Assembly (NCBI RefSeq): GCF_006345805.1
Contig: NC_043002.1
Coordinates: 15,686,001-15,750,000 of the forward strand
From: Octopus sinensis
Lineage: Eukaryota
Direction: 5' to 3'
DNA length: 64,000 nt
Positions 13,050 through 26,149 of this stretch are shown here, one piece after another. Numbering within the stretch: position 1 is the stretch's first letter; every line of letters begins with the position of its first letter. The notes below the pieces were generated by a model, which saw nothing but the letters and a program-made list of their open reading frames with translations, made no database searches and was not told the origin of the DNA. The position numbers were made by a program, and so were the translations under genes.

Positions 13050-15067
13050 AGGATTGACTATAAAAAGGCCTTCGACAGTATACCGCATCCATGGAGCTTG
13101 AGATCGCTGGACATCTTCAAAATTTCCCCTGTGATTTCAAACTTCCTGAAGCACAATATGTCGTTGTGGAATACGAATCTCCAATTATACCACTCTAATG
13201 GAGTACTTGCCTCAGAAAATATAAACATCAACTGTGGAATTTTTCAAGGTGACTCACTTTCACCTTAATATTCTGCATAGCCCTAATACCCCTTACAAGT
13301 GAATTAAACAGAACAGGTATGGGTATAAAATTGCCAATAAAAAAATAAGCCATCTATTTTATATGGATGACTTAAAACTTTATGGTAAAGACAATAATGA
13401 ACTTGAAGGCCTATTGCGCACCGTGAAATCATTCAGCGATGACATCGGGATGGAGTTTGGACTTGAGAAGTGTGCCAAGGCCACTTTCCAGAAAGGGAAA
13501 GTGAAGACCACAAATTCAGTCGTGTTAGATGTTGACACAGTCATAAGAGAGCTTGAGCAAACATACAAATATTTAGGGATAAATGAAGGCTCTGGTATTC
13601 AGCATGCAAGCATGAAAGAGAAAATCAGGAAGGAATGTTATAGGAGAGTTCGTGCAGTCCTGAAATCTGAACTAAATGCACGTAACAAGGTGTTAGCTAT
13701 AAATTCCTTGCAGTTCCAGTTGTTACTTATAGCTACAATGTGTTGAACTGGAATATGAGTGAAGTAAAGAATATAGATAGAAAAATACGCAAGCTGCTGA
13801 GTTGTAATAGGATGCACCACCCAAGGCAGACGTAGATCGACTTTACCTTCCCAGAGCCCAAGGAGGTCGAGGCCTGATCCAATTTGAACTAGCTTACAAA
13901 ACAACCACAATTGGACTGGCCAATATCTCGAAATATCGAATGACTGGATGCTAAAGCTCGTGGAAAATCACGAGAGACGAAAGAAGCTTCATTCTATCAT
14001 AAAGGAAAGCAAAAAATTGCTATTGATCTCGTGCAGGTACCCAAACTGAACAACCCGAGGGAAGTACGGCAACTATTGTTGCAAAGAAGGTGAAAATGAT
14101 GGCAATGAAAAGCGCACGAGCAATTGGCTGATAGGTGGGAGGAAAACCTCTGCACGGCAAATATGTGACCCGCAGCAAACAAGCTGATGTTGACCAGAAG
14201 CAAACCCATCAGTGGCTGCGGAGCTCAGGCTAAAAGCAGAGACCGAAGGTTTCATCCTGGCTGCTCAAGACCAAAGCCTATCAACCCGGAACTACCAGGC
14301 CAATGTGATGAAAAATGGAGCAGACCCAAATGCCGATTCTGCAACGACATGATTGAAACAGTGGACCACCTAATCTCTGGATGTAAAGTCTTAGCACCAG
14401 TGGAGTATAAATTAAGACATGACAGAGTTGGCCAATATCTCCACTGGCTAATAAGTCGGCATTACAATATCAAAACTGCCGACAAGTGGTATAATTACCA
14501 CCCTGAGGCTGTAACTGAAGGAGAAAATGTAACCATTCTGTGGGACTTTCCAGTACATACAGACCGAACCATCAAGGCCAATAAACCAGCCATATTGTTG
14601 TGAAAGACCAAAACAATAAAGTTTGCTTATTGATCGACATGAGCATCCCCTGTGATCATAATATCTCAGCGAAAGAGTTTGACAAGCTCAGAAAATATAA
14701 AGACCTACTCATTGAAATTGAGAAAATGTGGCATCTCAGGCGGTTACAATACCAGTGATCGTAGGAGCACTAGGAATGATCAAGAAGGAACCGAAAATTA
14801 TATGAGAATGATCCCTGGCTTACCATCCCTGCAAGAAGTGCAAAAGATTGTCTTATCTGGTACATCACACGAATTGAGAAGAGCATTGTCGATGTGAGAA
14901 CTGTTGCTGCTCATGTATTTTAATTTAACTTAAAAAAAAAAAAAAAAAAATAACGAACTACTAAGTTTGGTTTAATGGCCTACCAATATACACTATGAGT
15001 TTCTTGCCCTAGGAGTCGGGAAGACACTCGGCAAGAATTGGAAGAAAATTTGAAAGAAGAAAAAAAA
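13050..15067 (+). mobile_element. 5'-truncated R4/Dong-like non-LTR retrotransposon (RT, CCHC, REL), frameshifted
   Basis: IDYKKAFDS, GIFQGDSLSP, YMDDLKLYGK (RT); CRFC...HLISGC and RHDRV (CCHC/RHD); ILWDF, NKP, IDMSIP, KLRKY (REL). (TAA)n on both sides. Confidence 0.92.
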
Positions 15068-15100
<33 letters not shown>

Positions 15101-15276
15101 GTAATAATAGTAATAATAATAATAATAATATAATAATAATAATAATAATATAATAATAATAATAATAGAAGAAGAGAAGAAGAAGAAGAAGAGAAGAAGA
15201 AGAAGAAGAAGAAGAAGAAGAAGAAGAAGAAGAAGAAGAAGAAGAAGAAGAAGAAGAAGAAGAAGAAGAAGAAGAA
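15068..15276 (+). repeat. Compound (TAA)n-(GAA)n microsatellite
   Basis: Directly visible; abuts the 3' end of the Dong-like element. Confidence 0.95.
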
Positions 15277-16151
15277 TTATGATGATGGATATAATATTTT
15301 TGGTTGTCCGCAATGGCCTAATACTATGAAGAACATAACAGATAAAATACAAGAAATACAAGCGGAGTTTATACCAACAGGATATAAAGAGCACAAATGT
15401 CGTAACACCTGATAAGCTCATTCAGATGCAACACTCTTCCCACTCTTATTCACCAAGCAGCAAAAATACTAATATAGTATCTACTCTCAAATCCTTCTTA
15501 GATTGCAACTTGAATAAGCTGATGAGGGCTTAACCAGATGCAGAAATACCTATATGCATGCTCTAGGAACTTTTGCTGCAGCCATCAGCCGTCAAGCATA
15601 GAACGATTTCCCTCACGTCGCCGTTCAACAAAGGTTTGCATGTGTCTCTATTACAGAATTTGGATTTGAACCTAAGCTATAATGTACCGGAAGACATACC
15701 GCAACACAGTTTCCTCCGAGGTTTTATCGATACTTCACATGTAAAACTGCTGCTTAGATATTTGGCAAAATGGCAAACATTTTGACGTAGAGGAGTTTAG
15801 TTAATAACATCGTAACCAATATTCGACTTTTACAACAATTTATTGAACATATCCATTGCTATATAATTCAGTTCAATTATTCAGTTTTAATCCATTCTCT
15901 ACTTTCTCCAAAAATGTTAAAGGAATAATGCAATTGGGAATATTAATCGGTATATTTTCCACTTGCAGTGTATTATTTACAGTCTATAATTGTGTCCTTT
16001 GGACAAAGCAGAAAGTTTACCCCGCCCAGGACACAGACTTGCAATATTTGGTGTACATTCAGTGTAGTTAACAATCCAAATAAATTGAATTAAAATGTAC
16101 TGGCAAATAAGTATATATGTTTAAACAGAGGTGATTGTATATATGTATATA

Positions 16152-16239
<88 letters not shown>

Positions 16240-16272
16240 TGTGTATGTGTGTGTGTGTGTGAGCGTGTATAG

Positions 16273-16693
16273 CTGTATATATAAAAGTTAGGGTGTGTGT
16301 GTATGTGAATATAATTTATGCACTTCCACAAATTAGCACGCATGTCGCTCCAATTTTAGGAGGACATTCGTCATAATCCTTGCTGTATTTTCGTCAACTT
16401 ATTTTTATTAGATGCACCAGCGAATAGCAGCAAAAATAGATTTTCAACCAAACCTTTTAACAATTTTCAAGTCGGAGAAATCTCCATTGTTTGCAAACAG
16501 GAGTTAAGTCCACCACAAGCAATGAATAAGTTTTCGCTAAGACTTTAATAGTTTTTTTTCCATCGGGAAAGAAAGTGTTTTGTTGATATACAAGCAACAC
16601 ACACACACACACACACACGAACATTTATGCGTACAAAAAAGATGTATGCAATAGTTGTACGTACGTACACGTGTGTATATATGTGTGTGATGC

Positions 16694-16733
<40 letters not shown>

Positions 16734-16854
16734 AAATTTCAACGGATTTCGCCCAAAATTGACGTCAATGTTACTTAGTTTCGTTTGAAATAAAGAAATT
16801 GATTAGCTTAATAATACCAACTCAATCCCGAGCAAAACCGGGTTATACTGCTAG
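16273..16854 (+). mobile_element. Non-autonomous Helitron
   Basis: 5' CTGTATATATAAAAG and 3' hairpin CCCG-AGCAAAAC-CGGG then CTAG followed by T. Homologous to 24721-25600. Confidence 0.7.
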
Positions 16855-16862
16855 TGTATATA

Positions 16863-16902
<40 letters not shown>

Positions 16903-17089
16903 TATATATATAATATATATATATATATAATATATATATATATATTATATATATATTATAAAGTATCTTTGGTAAGGCCAGAACAATGCGATGTGTAAAA
17001 GCAAAGCAAATCACAAGGCTAGTATATGAATTAATGTAGAATTCCCTCGCATTTAATCTTCCGAAAGCTAACACATTTTGACGACAGGA

Positions 17090-17311
17090 CTACTGCAGTG
17101 ATACAGCACGCAGTCCGCAGGGAAGGACTCCTCGGAGTGCACATTATCGAACTGCCCCGTCAGTGAGCCTTAAATATGCCATGGGGCCTACGTTGTATAC
17201 GAGATCATCTGTGGCAAAGGTGGCGCATCCTTCACAGGAAGCACAACAGGACAACTATATACACGCATAATGGAACATAAACAAGCAGGCACATCCACGA
17301 AAAATCTCTAG
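17090..17311 (+). mobile_element. Penelope-like GIY-YIG endonuclease remnant
   Basis: 17189-17311 reads YVVYEIICGKGGASFTGSTTGQLYTRIMEHKQ, matching the PLE VY.I.C....Y.G.T...L..R..EH pattern. Confidence 0.6.
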
Positions 17312-17477
17312 AACCATATTTAATGTGGTTTTAGAGTCAAATTTTTACTGCTATATCTAGCATTGAGGTATGACTTAGATATCCTTAATTATTTTAATGA
17401 TAATTATTACCTTTGAGGTTTTTATTCCTGTGCTGGACACCTGATAAGATTGGTATTTTAAATAGCGATCTTATCCT

Positions 17478-17534
<57 letters not shown>

Positions 17535-17591
17535 ACACACACACACGTATATATATATTATATATATATTATATATATATATATATGTATG

Positions 17592-17596
<5 letters not shown>

Positions 17597-17643
<47 letters not shown>

Positions 17644-17687
17644 TATAATGATAATAATATAATATAATAATATAATAATAATAATAC

Positions 17688-17730
<43 letters not shown>

Positions 17731-17761
17731 TAATAATAATTATAATGATAATAATAATAAT

Positions 17762-17841
<80 letters not shown>

Positions 17842-17880
17842 TAATAATAATAATAATAATAAATGCACCCTTTTAAAACC
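17597..17880 (+). repeat. (TAA)n microsatellite
   Basis: Directly visible; adjoins the 3' tail of the minus-strand SINE at 17881. Confidence 0.95.
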
Positions 17881-18112
17881 TAGCCAAGTTCATCGGCCCG
17901 CTTTCCCGGCTTCTATGGCGTATATTTGTCCTGCAGCTGGACGGGACGCCAGTTCATCGCAGGATTACTCATTTTTGCCAGCTAAGGGGACTGGAGCAAC
18001 GTGAAATGAGGTGTTTTGCTCAAGAACACAACACGTTGTCCGGTCCAGGAATCAAAGCCACAATCTTACGATCATGATTCTGTCACCCTAACCACTGAGC
18101 CACGCGCCTCCA
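17881..18112 (-). mobile_element. tRNA-derived SINE, family E (V-domain-like body)
   Basis: Minus-strand head GGAGGCGCGTGGCTCAGTGGTTAG...CTTTGATTCCTGG. CCTGCGATGAACTGGCGTCCCGTCCAG resembles the V-SINE domain (recalled, unverified). Confidence 0.65.
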
Positions 18113-18137
18113 CACACACGCACACACACATACCACT

Positions 18138-18168
<31 letters not shown>

Positions 18169-18199
18169 TGAATATATATATATATATATGGATTGAATG

Positions 18200-18254
<55 letters not shown>

Positions 18255-18270
18255 ATATATATATATATAG

Positions 18271-18301
<31 letters not shown>

Positions 18302-18378
18302 TAAAAACGTTAAGATAACAAAAGAAAGAAAGATACCTCAATATTATGTAAATAGAGGAAATTATCTGGAAAATAATA

Positions 18379-18566
18379 TGTGACAATTATTCAATAGTCA
18401 AGATAAAACTCTGAGTTTCGGATGCCGAGGTGGAAATCCACAACACCATCTCTTCGGTTATCTGGCCATCTTGAAAACGCCAGATAACCGAAGAGATGGT
18501 GTTGTGGATTTCCACCTCGGCATCCGAAACTCAGAGTTTTATCTTGGCTATTGAATAATTGTCACA
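18379..18566. repeat. Inverted repeat, 88-bp arms with a 12-nt loop, one mismatch
   Basis: Arms 18379-18466 and 18479-18566, loop CATCTTGAAAAC. Confidence 0.97.
18479..18548 (+). ncRNA. Type-I hammerhead-like motif with U4C core (mirror copy on minus strand in the left arm)
   Basis: GCCAGAUAA | CCGAAGA | GAUG...GUGGAUUUCCAC...CAUC(C) | GAAA | CU-CAG-AG | UU | UUAUCUUGGC. Stems I, II and III pair by eye. Confidence 0.5.
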
Positions 18567-18629
18567 AATTATTTTATATATATATATATATATATACGGG
18601 GGTAAAGTCTCTAAAAAGAAAAACAAACT

Positions 18630-20520
18630 AATATGCAAGTTCTACAAATCAAGTACTTGCTGGTATGGAGTTATGGGGATGGGCTGCAAAATTGCTCATC
18701 CCAAGCCCCAAGTACGCAGCCCCCGCATTCTAATCACCCGAAGGCCAAGCAGAACAGACCTCAATAAGACAAAATACGCAATGCCTAAGAGACCTTGTGA
18801 CATGTAATCAGGCAATATGCGTGTCACTAACAGAAACACACCTAAATGCGGATGTATCGGACGCCGAGGTACACATACCAGAATATGTCGTGCTACGAAC
18901 GGACAGATGAGAAAGGTCTCATGGAGGAGTGGCAATGTACATCCGTGATGATGTCACACCCATTGTCTTCTTGTCGCACTCCAACACTGTAGTAGTATAC
19001 ATTAAACAGGTGAGAATGGTAATATATACCACATATCGCCCACCACATGCGCCAGATCATGAGAACTCATTTGAAGAGTGCCTCCAAAAAATGAGAGATG
19101 TTCTGACGAATCTCAACAATGAGCTGCACATACCTCTCTTAGGGGATTTCAATCTCCCTCATGTAAAATGGCCGGAGCGTTGTCCCCTTTCAAGTATGTC
19201 ACTTCAAAATCAGAAGCATGCAGAATGTTTGCTTGACTTCACTGACGCACTCTTTATCGAGCAATTGGTGCATCACCCTACAAGGGGTAAGAATGTCGTG
19301 GACATATGTTTTACAAAGAGCTCGGTACTCATGCATGACGTGAAAATGACACCGACGCTTATTTTCTGACCATAATTTAATAGAGTTAGTGATGTGTGGA
19401 CCACGAAAGACCACGGACATACGAAATATTAGAAACGCTCAGCTCATCTCTAGCCTCAATTTCCACAAAGCTGACTGGAAGGCCATTGAGAAAGGGGTCC
19501 TGAAATGTAACTGGTCCACCATCCTCTCAGGGGAAAACATCAACATGAAACTACAGAACTTCATGGCAACCATGTATGATATCTGATAGTAACATTTCCC
19601 CAAAGAGAACACCAAATCAACGGGCGAAGAAAAATATAGTACCCAGGGATAGGATGATACTAATGAGACAAAGAGCAAAAATCTCAAACCATCTAAATGG
19701 ATATCTAAAAGATTTCAGAGGAATCTACCTCGAATACACCTCGCTTGAGATTAAAAACGCACTCAAACTTTTCCATGACAAGTAAAGTGTAGAAAAGGAA
19801 GCCAGGGCTATCAAAAACATTAAAGCGGACCCTAAGTCCTTCTATAGATATGCGAAAGAATCTGCTACAGTGCGCTACAAAATAGGACCGCTACTAGATG
19901 AAAACGACTCACCAACTGTTGACCCCCAGAGAATCATTGAATTACTGAATGCACAATACAAGAGTGCTTTCAACATACCGCTGGGGAAGCTACGAGTGAA
20001 TGTGCCGGATAGGTTCTTTGATCACGAAAACACGCATTGTGAAATGGCAACTATTGATAACATCAACATAGAGGAAACTGATGTGATATCAGCCATTGAA
20101 GAGCTGAGCTCGAACTCGGCAACGGGATTCTCTACAATTCTAATGATGGATTCTCTACAATTCTAAAGAAATGTAAAAGAGTTCGAGATAGACCGCTTCA
20201 AATCCTTTTCCATGAGTTTCTCAGGATGGGGAAACTCCCCAAAAATCTTAAAGAAGGAATAATATGACCTATCCTTAAGGGAGGAAGCAGGGCAGAGGCT
20301 AGGAATTATAGACCTGTCTCCTTAACCTCCCACGTCAGTAACGTCATGGAGCGCATTGTCAGGAGAAGACTGATTCAGTTACTTGAGGATAATGACCTGC
20401 TCTCTGATACCCAACATATCTTTCACCCGGGAATGAGCTGTCTTACACAGATTCTGTGACACTATGACTAAGTGCTGAAGCAATTAATGAACTGCTCAAA
20501 AGTGGATGTGGTATACTTTT
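18630..20520 (+). mobile_element. CR1/L2-group LINE remnant (CCCH finger, APE, N-terminal RT), decayed and 3'-truncated
   Basis: LTETHL, RTDR..GGVAMYIR, YRPP, GDFNLP, PTRG..VDICFT (APE); ICPI.KGG..NYRPVSLTS..VMERIV, SCLTQ, VDVVYF (RT, breaks off there). Confidence 0.88.
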
Positions 20521-21030
20521 GCAATCCAAGAACAGGAAATATGAACGAACAACCTGATGCCCTAACGAATAGTGATGCGGGAAAAGCCTTAAAATGTGAC
20601 AACCTATGCAGACTTTGTGGAGATCACACTGAATATATCACCCACATCATAAGCAGTTCTCCGAAAACGGCATAACTGTATTATCTAGCCATAAGTTATG
20701 ACGTTGTACCTAGGACACACTCTATAATGAAATCCGTCGTAAGGTTATACCCGGGGACAGAGAAATAAGAAACCACAGTAGTGTAGAAAATATATCCATA
20801 ATAAAACTGATAATAATAAAAAGGAATAATAAAAAGGAATACTGGTGGAATCTACCAGTAATGACCTCAATAAAATGTAAGCACAACAGACCTGATATTA
20901 TGATTTAGGATAGAGAAGAGAGACTGTGCACAGTTGTGGAAATTAGCTTCCCAGCAGATGTTAACATAATGCTGAAAATCAGTGAAAAAAAGAGAACTTA
21001 CGCTGAACTATTGAGAATTCTGCAGTTTCT
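20518..21030 (+). mobile_element. R4/Dong-like CCHC-REL fragment
   Basis: AIQEQEI, CRLCGDHTEYITHIISS, WWNLP, HNRPDIMI, VVEISFPAD, with stops and frameshifts. Confidence 0.8.
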
Positions 21031-21110
21031 CTAAACATACTACATAGGTATATGTGTGTGAATATATGTGTATATGTGTGTGTATGCATATATATATATA
21101 TACTATATAT

Positions 21111-21219
<109 letters not shown>

Positions 21220-21353
21220 TTATATACACACACACATAATCATATATATGATCATGTCTAGATATGCAACTGTAAGCATGACATAAAACAAAACATGCAA
21301 ATCTGCTCATTATCACACATACATGCATATATACATATATATATGTATATACT

Positions 21354-21630
21354 GTGGAGGCTCTGGCAGGGGATGGTGGTGATCCCTGCTGTACTCTCTC
21401 ACCACAACTTTCTCTCACACTTACTTCCTTTTTCTGTTGTACCTGTATTTCAAAGGGCCGGCCTTGTCACTCTCTGTGTCACGCTGAATATCCCCGAGAA
21501 CTACGTTAAGGGTACACGTGTATGTGGAGTGCTCAGCCACTTACACGTTAATTTCACGAGCAGGCTGCTCCGTTGATTCGGATCAACCGGAACCCTCGTC
21601 GTCGTAACCGACGGAGTGCTTCCATCCCCA
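21354..21630 (+). mobile_element. SINE family A, 5'-truncated
   Basis: Reverse complement of the 2788-3060 body. Possible 8-bp TSD TATATACT. Confidence 0.85.
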
Positions 21631-22122
21631 TATATACTAACAAAAATACGCTGTTGTTGATGTTGAAATTCCAATGAAGTCGCCATGGATCTAGGTTAAA
21701 AAGTGGTACTTTCTCTATTGGCAAGAAATCTTGAAATAAACTGAATAATGATATGCATACATTCATGCATACTTGCATAGTTATCTGTAAATTAATGCAA
21801 TAAATTTTTCGCTGATAATCCGTTATTCTTGAGTAATCCACTTAGAACACCTACTACTGTGCTTCAAATGACCATCATTGTGAAACGCACTACAAGTGTT
21901 CAGTAGCCAATAACTAGTAATACTACTCAACATTTAAATTGTTTAGCAACTATAAATGGATACAGATTAGATCATGATGATCTAAGTGGAGATCTAAGCA
22001 AATATTTATTTGTACACACTATTACTACACACAGACACAGGTTCACACACTCAAACACACATACAGAGAAACACACATATACACTCATACACTCCCATAT
22101 ATATATATATGTATATATATAG

Positions 22123-22167
<45 letters not shown>

Positions 22168-22181
22168 TATATATATATATA

Positions 22182-22230
<49 letters not shown>

Positions 22231-22318
22231 TCATGTAGATATATAAATATACGTATTTCATATGTACTTGGATACACATGTACATATATATATATCCATA
22301 TATATATATATAATATAT

Positions 22319-22402
<84 letters not shown>

Positions 22403-22981
22403 TGTATACACACACTCATATACACACATATAAGTACACGCACAGTCGCAAAAGCGCACATACATACATGTGTGTACATATTTGAGTTAAATGGCGAAAA
22501 GTCTATGTAATTTTAACATAGGTTTCTGGAAGTAAATTGTTAAATGGACCTTTTAATGATTTTAATAGATAAATAGATTAGTTTAATGCCATTTTAATTA
22601 AATAGCGTATGATTTCTATTGTTTAGCGGAAAAATGAAATAAGATTAAATAGAAGAAATTTCAGGCAATGCTTGTGCTGCTATTTGTTCTATATACTGTT
22701 TGCCAGAGAACTTTTCTTAGCGTCATTAATCCGTTCAATACACTTGGCGCAAATTTAAGGCTTGTGGGAACCGGTCAAGTTTTGTTTGTAATGTTTATAT
22801 GAACATGGTGGCGAGCGCAACGTATCTTTATAGTACTTCATATGAGACAATAATATAGAAAAATAAGCGCTAGTTAATGTAGGAATTTTTGTGCTTTGTT
22901 AAATAGTTAATATGATTCTCCCACGTCATAATATTTTGTCCTTGTTCACTTCTTCACAAATTATACACGTACACTAATTCA

Positions 22982-23119
22982 GGCGCAGGAGTGGTTGTGT
23001 GGTAAGTAGCTACTTTACCAACCACATGGTTCCGGGTTCAGTGTCTTCTACTAATCCTCGGGCCGACCAAAGCCATGTGAGTGGATTTGGTAGACGGAAA
23101 CTGAAAGAAGCCCGTCGTG

Positions 23120-23193
<74 letters not shown>

Positions 23194-23397
23194 TGTGTGT
23201 CTGTGTTTGTCCCCCTAGCATTGCTTGACAACCGATGCTGGTGTGTTTATGTCCCCGTTACTTAGCGGTTCGGCAAAAGAGACCGATAGATTAAGTACTG
23301 GGCTTACAAAAAAGAATAAGTACCGGGGTCGAGTTGCTCGATTAAAGGCGGTGCCCCAGCATGGCCGCAGTCAAATGACTGAAACAAGTAAAAGAAG
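22982..23397 (+). mobile_element. SINE family C (tRNA head, internal (TA)n(TG)n tract)
   Basis: GGCGCAGGAGTGGTTGTGTGGTAAG...CCGGGTTCAG head and ...GGCCGCAGTCAAATGACTGAAACAAGTAAAAG tail. Other copies carry a CORE-like TTGGGCAAG motif. Confidence 0.85.
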
Positions 23398-23771
23398 AAA
23401 AGATAAAAAAAAAGAAAGACATAAACTGTTACAGACACTTACAAATACACGCACAGTGATATAAGTTTACATACAATGACATTTCTGTCTATCTGATTAT
23501 AATACATTGTTAGATGAGGCTATATCTCAGCGTCAGAATGTGTGTGAGTCAGTGTTATTCATGCGTATAAAGTGACGTAAACTAATAAAGTGTACTGGAA
23601 ACGTATTAATTGCATTGAGAGAAATATTACTGTCGCTTTTGTGCAACACTCAAAAATTGTTATATCATTTACTTTATAAATTTACATAAAGGCTAGACTT
23701 GTTGTATGTATGAATGTAACTCTGTGTATGTGTGAGTGAGTTGAGTGCCTGTGTGTACATATGCACATATA

Positions 23772-24336
23772 TTGGGTCGTCCGGAAAGTTCGTGCCGATT
23801 TATTGTAGCTGATTTTCGACTTAATTTAGAACATGGTTGCGTCCATAAAATAGGATTTGACTACACCGCCATTTAGAGCACAGTTTAAGCTATCCTTTCG
23901 TGGAAGAAGGTTTATGTTCCTATAACCTGTGTTAATTCTGTAACCCTTTAAAATGGAAGACACGAAAGTTCATTTTCGGCACTTGATGCTTTGGGAAACA
24001 GTCAAAAGTTGCTGCAGCTCGGCTGGGATGTGTTACCTCACCCTCCATATTCATCAGGTATTGCTCCTTCGGATTTCCACTAATTCAGGTCTCTGCAAAG
24101 TAGTCTTAATGGTAAAAATTTCAATTCCTTGGATGATGTAAAAATATACCTTGATGAATTCTTTGCCATGAAACCACCTCAATTCTGGGAAGAGGGTATT
24201 TTCAAGGTAAAGGAAAGATGGAGACGCATTGTGCCACAAAATAGTTCATATTTCGTTGATTAAAAATGTAATGGCAAGTATTTATTGACCATTTTCTTTC
24301 CTTTAAAAATCGGCATGAACTTTCCGGACAACCCAA
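23772..24336 (+). mobile_element. Mariner deletion derivative (~565 bp)
   Basis: TIRs TTGGGTCGTCCGGAAAGTTCGTGCCGATTT / AAATCGGCATGAACTTTCCGGACAACCCAA, TA on both sides. MEDTKVHFRHLMLWE N-terminus joined to WDVLPHPPYSSGIAPSDFH...RW C-terminus. Confidence 0.92.
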
Positions 24337-24720
24337 TACATTGCTAGTCATGGAACGGTGTTATATGATTCAATTCAGCAAACATGCAAGAAATGTCTCT
24401 ATAAGATACTCCAATTCTTTTTTAAACCGAAGAAGTCCATGCAATTTATTACTACAACACCAACTGGTAATATGTTTAGCTCTGGAAAGCCAAAAATCAA
24501 TTTTCCACTGAAAACTTTTTCTACTTTACTTTCCACTAAAACAATAAAGATTAATGCAAATTTTTCCCCTGCTGAGATTTCTTCATTTACTGTTTCTTAG
24601 TCTTACATAAGACAACGTGTAAAAGATAAACCATGCTGAAGAACGTCTGCAATCACATTTTCTACAGACACACATACACACACAAAAATGTATATCAATA
24701 TGCATATGTTTATATAGGCA

Positions 24721-25269
24721 TCTGTATATATAAAAGGCAGGGCGTGCGTGTGTGTGTGTGCGTGTGCGTGAATGTAATTTAATTATTCACGTCCACAAAC
24801 TAGCACGAATGTCGCTCCAGTTTTAGGAGGACATTCGTCATGATCTTAGCTGTATTTCCGTTAACTTATTTTTCCCAGAAGCACCAGGGCATAGTAGTAA
24901 AAATAAATTTTCAACCAAAACTTTTCACAAGTTTCAAATCGGAGAACTTACTATTGTCCGCAATCAGGAGTTAAGTCCCCTTCTAGCGACGAGTAAGTTT
25001 TTGTTAAGACTTTCATTGTTTTTTTTTACGTCGAGGAAAAAGTGTTTTGTTGATATACAGGCAACACACACACACATATGTATGCAATAGGTGTACGTAC
25101 GTGACCGCGTGTGTACCGTTGGCGACTTTTTTCCTCTGTCTTCCCTTCTCTGGATCTTTCCTTACATATATATATGTAAAAGGCAGGACGTGTGTGTGTG
25201 TGTGTGTGTATGTGTGTGTGTGTGTGCGTGATTGTAATTTAATTATTCACGTCCACAAACTAGCACGAA

Positions 25270-25313
<44 letters not shown>

Positions 25314-25333
25314 ATATATATATATATATATAA

Positions 25334-25388
<55 letters not shown>

Positions 25389-25600
25389 GTATATGTATAT
25401 ATTATATATATATATTATATATATATATTATATATATATATATATATATATCTATATATATATATATACATGAATACACCAATTTCAACGGATTTTGCCC
25501 AAATTTGACGTTGATGTTACTTAGTTTGGTTGGAAATAAGGAACATGTTTATCATCATAATCCTAACTTAATCCCAGGCAAAGTCGGGTTATACTGCTAG
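24721..25600 (+). mobile_element. Non-autonomous Helitron with internal 5' duplication
   Basis: A|TC start at 24721 and CTAG|T end at 25600, preceded by the CCCAGGCAAAGTCGGG hairpin. Body homologous to 16273-16854. Confidence 0.78.
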
Positions 25601-26149
25601 TACTTGTATATAGACGCGAGTGAATTTGTCTTTCTATGTATCCTGATGCGCTTGAAATATTTAAAAATATTATTCAAACAAATATTTTGCCCTTAGGGTA
25701 TTTCAATTTCGATGATTCGTCTTCTGTGTCAACAAAGATCATCAAACAAAATTCTTGAGAAGTGTTATGTTCAGGCTGTGAACGTTGGGCTAGCTATACT
25801 GAAACACACTAAATATTTTCCCACATAATTCAAAAAGCAAACAAATGCTAAAAATAAAAATGATTTCAACAGAATATCAAAGGTACAGATATAATGGTAT
25901 TCCTATAAGTTAATGGGAATTAATAAAATCAGGAATATAAATAAGTAGAAATTGCCAAAGCCTTGGGAAACTTTAAAATGTTCGTAATTTCAGTAAAGAA
26001 GCTGAAAATATTTAAGTATACTATCGAAATTCTTTTTATAGACCAAAAAGATTCATACCGCCAAAATTCTTGCATTCTCTTATAGTCCTTTTTCAATCCC
26101 CCTGAGACCAAATCAACCTTATGTGCGTAAAACTAGGCACATACTGTCT

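Noticed and set aside
15519-15560. CTGATGAG...GAAA hammerhead-like spacing
   Set aside because: Stem II and stem I do not pair in register.
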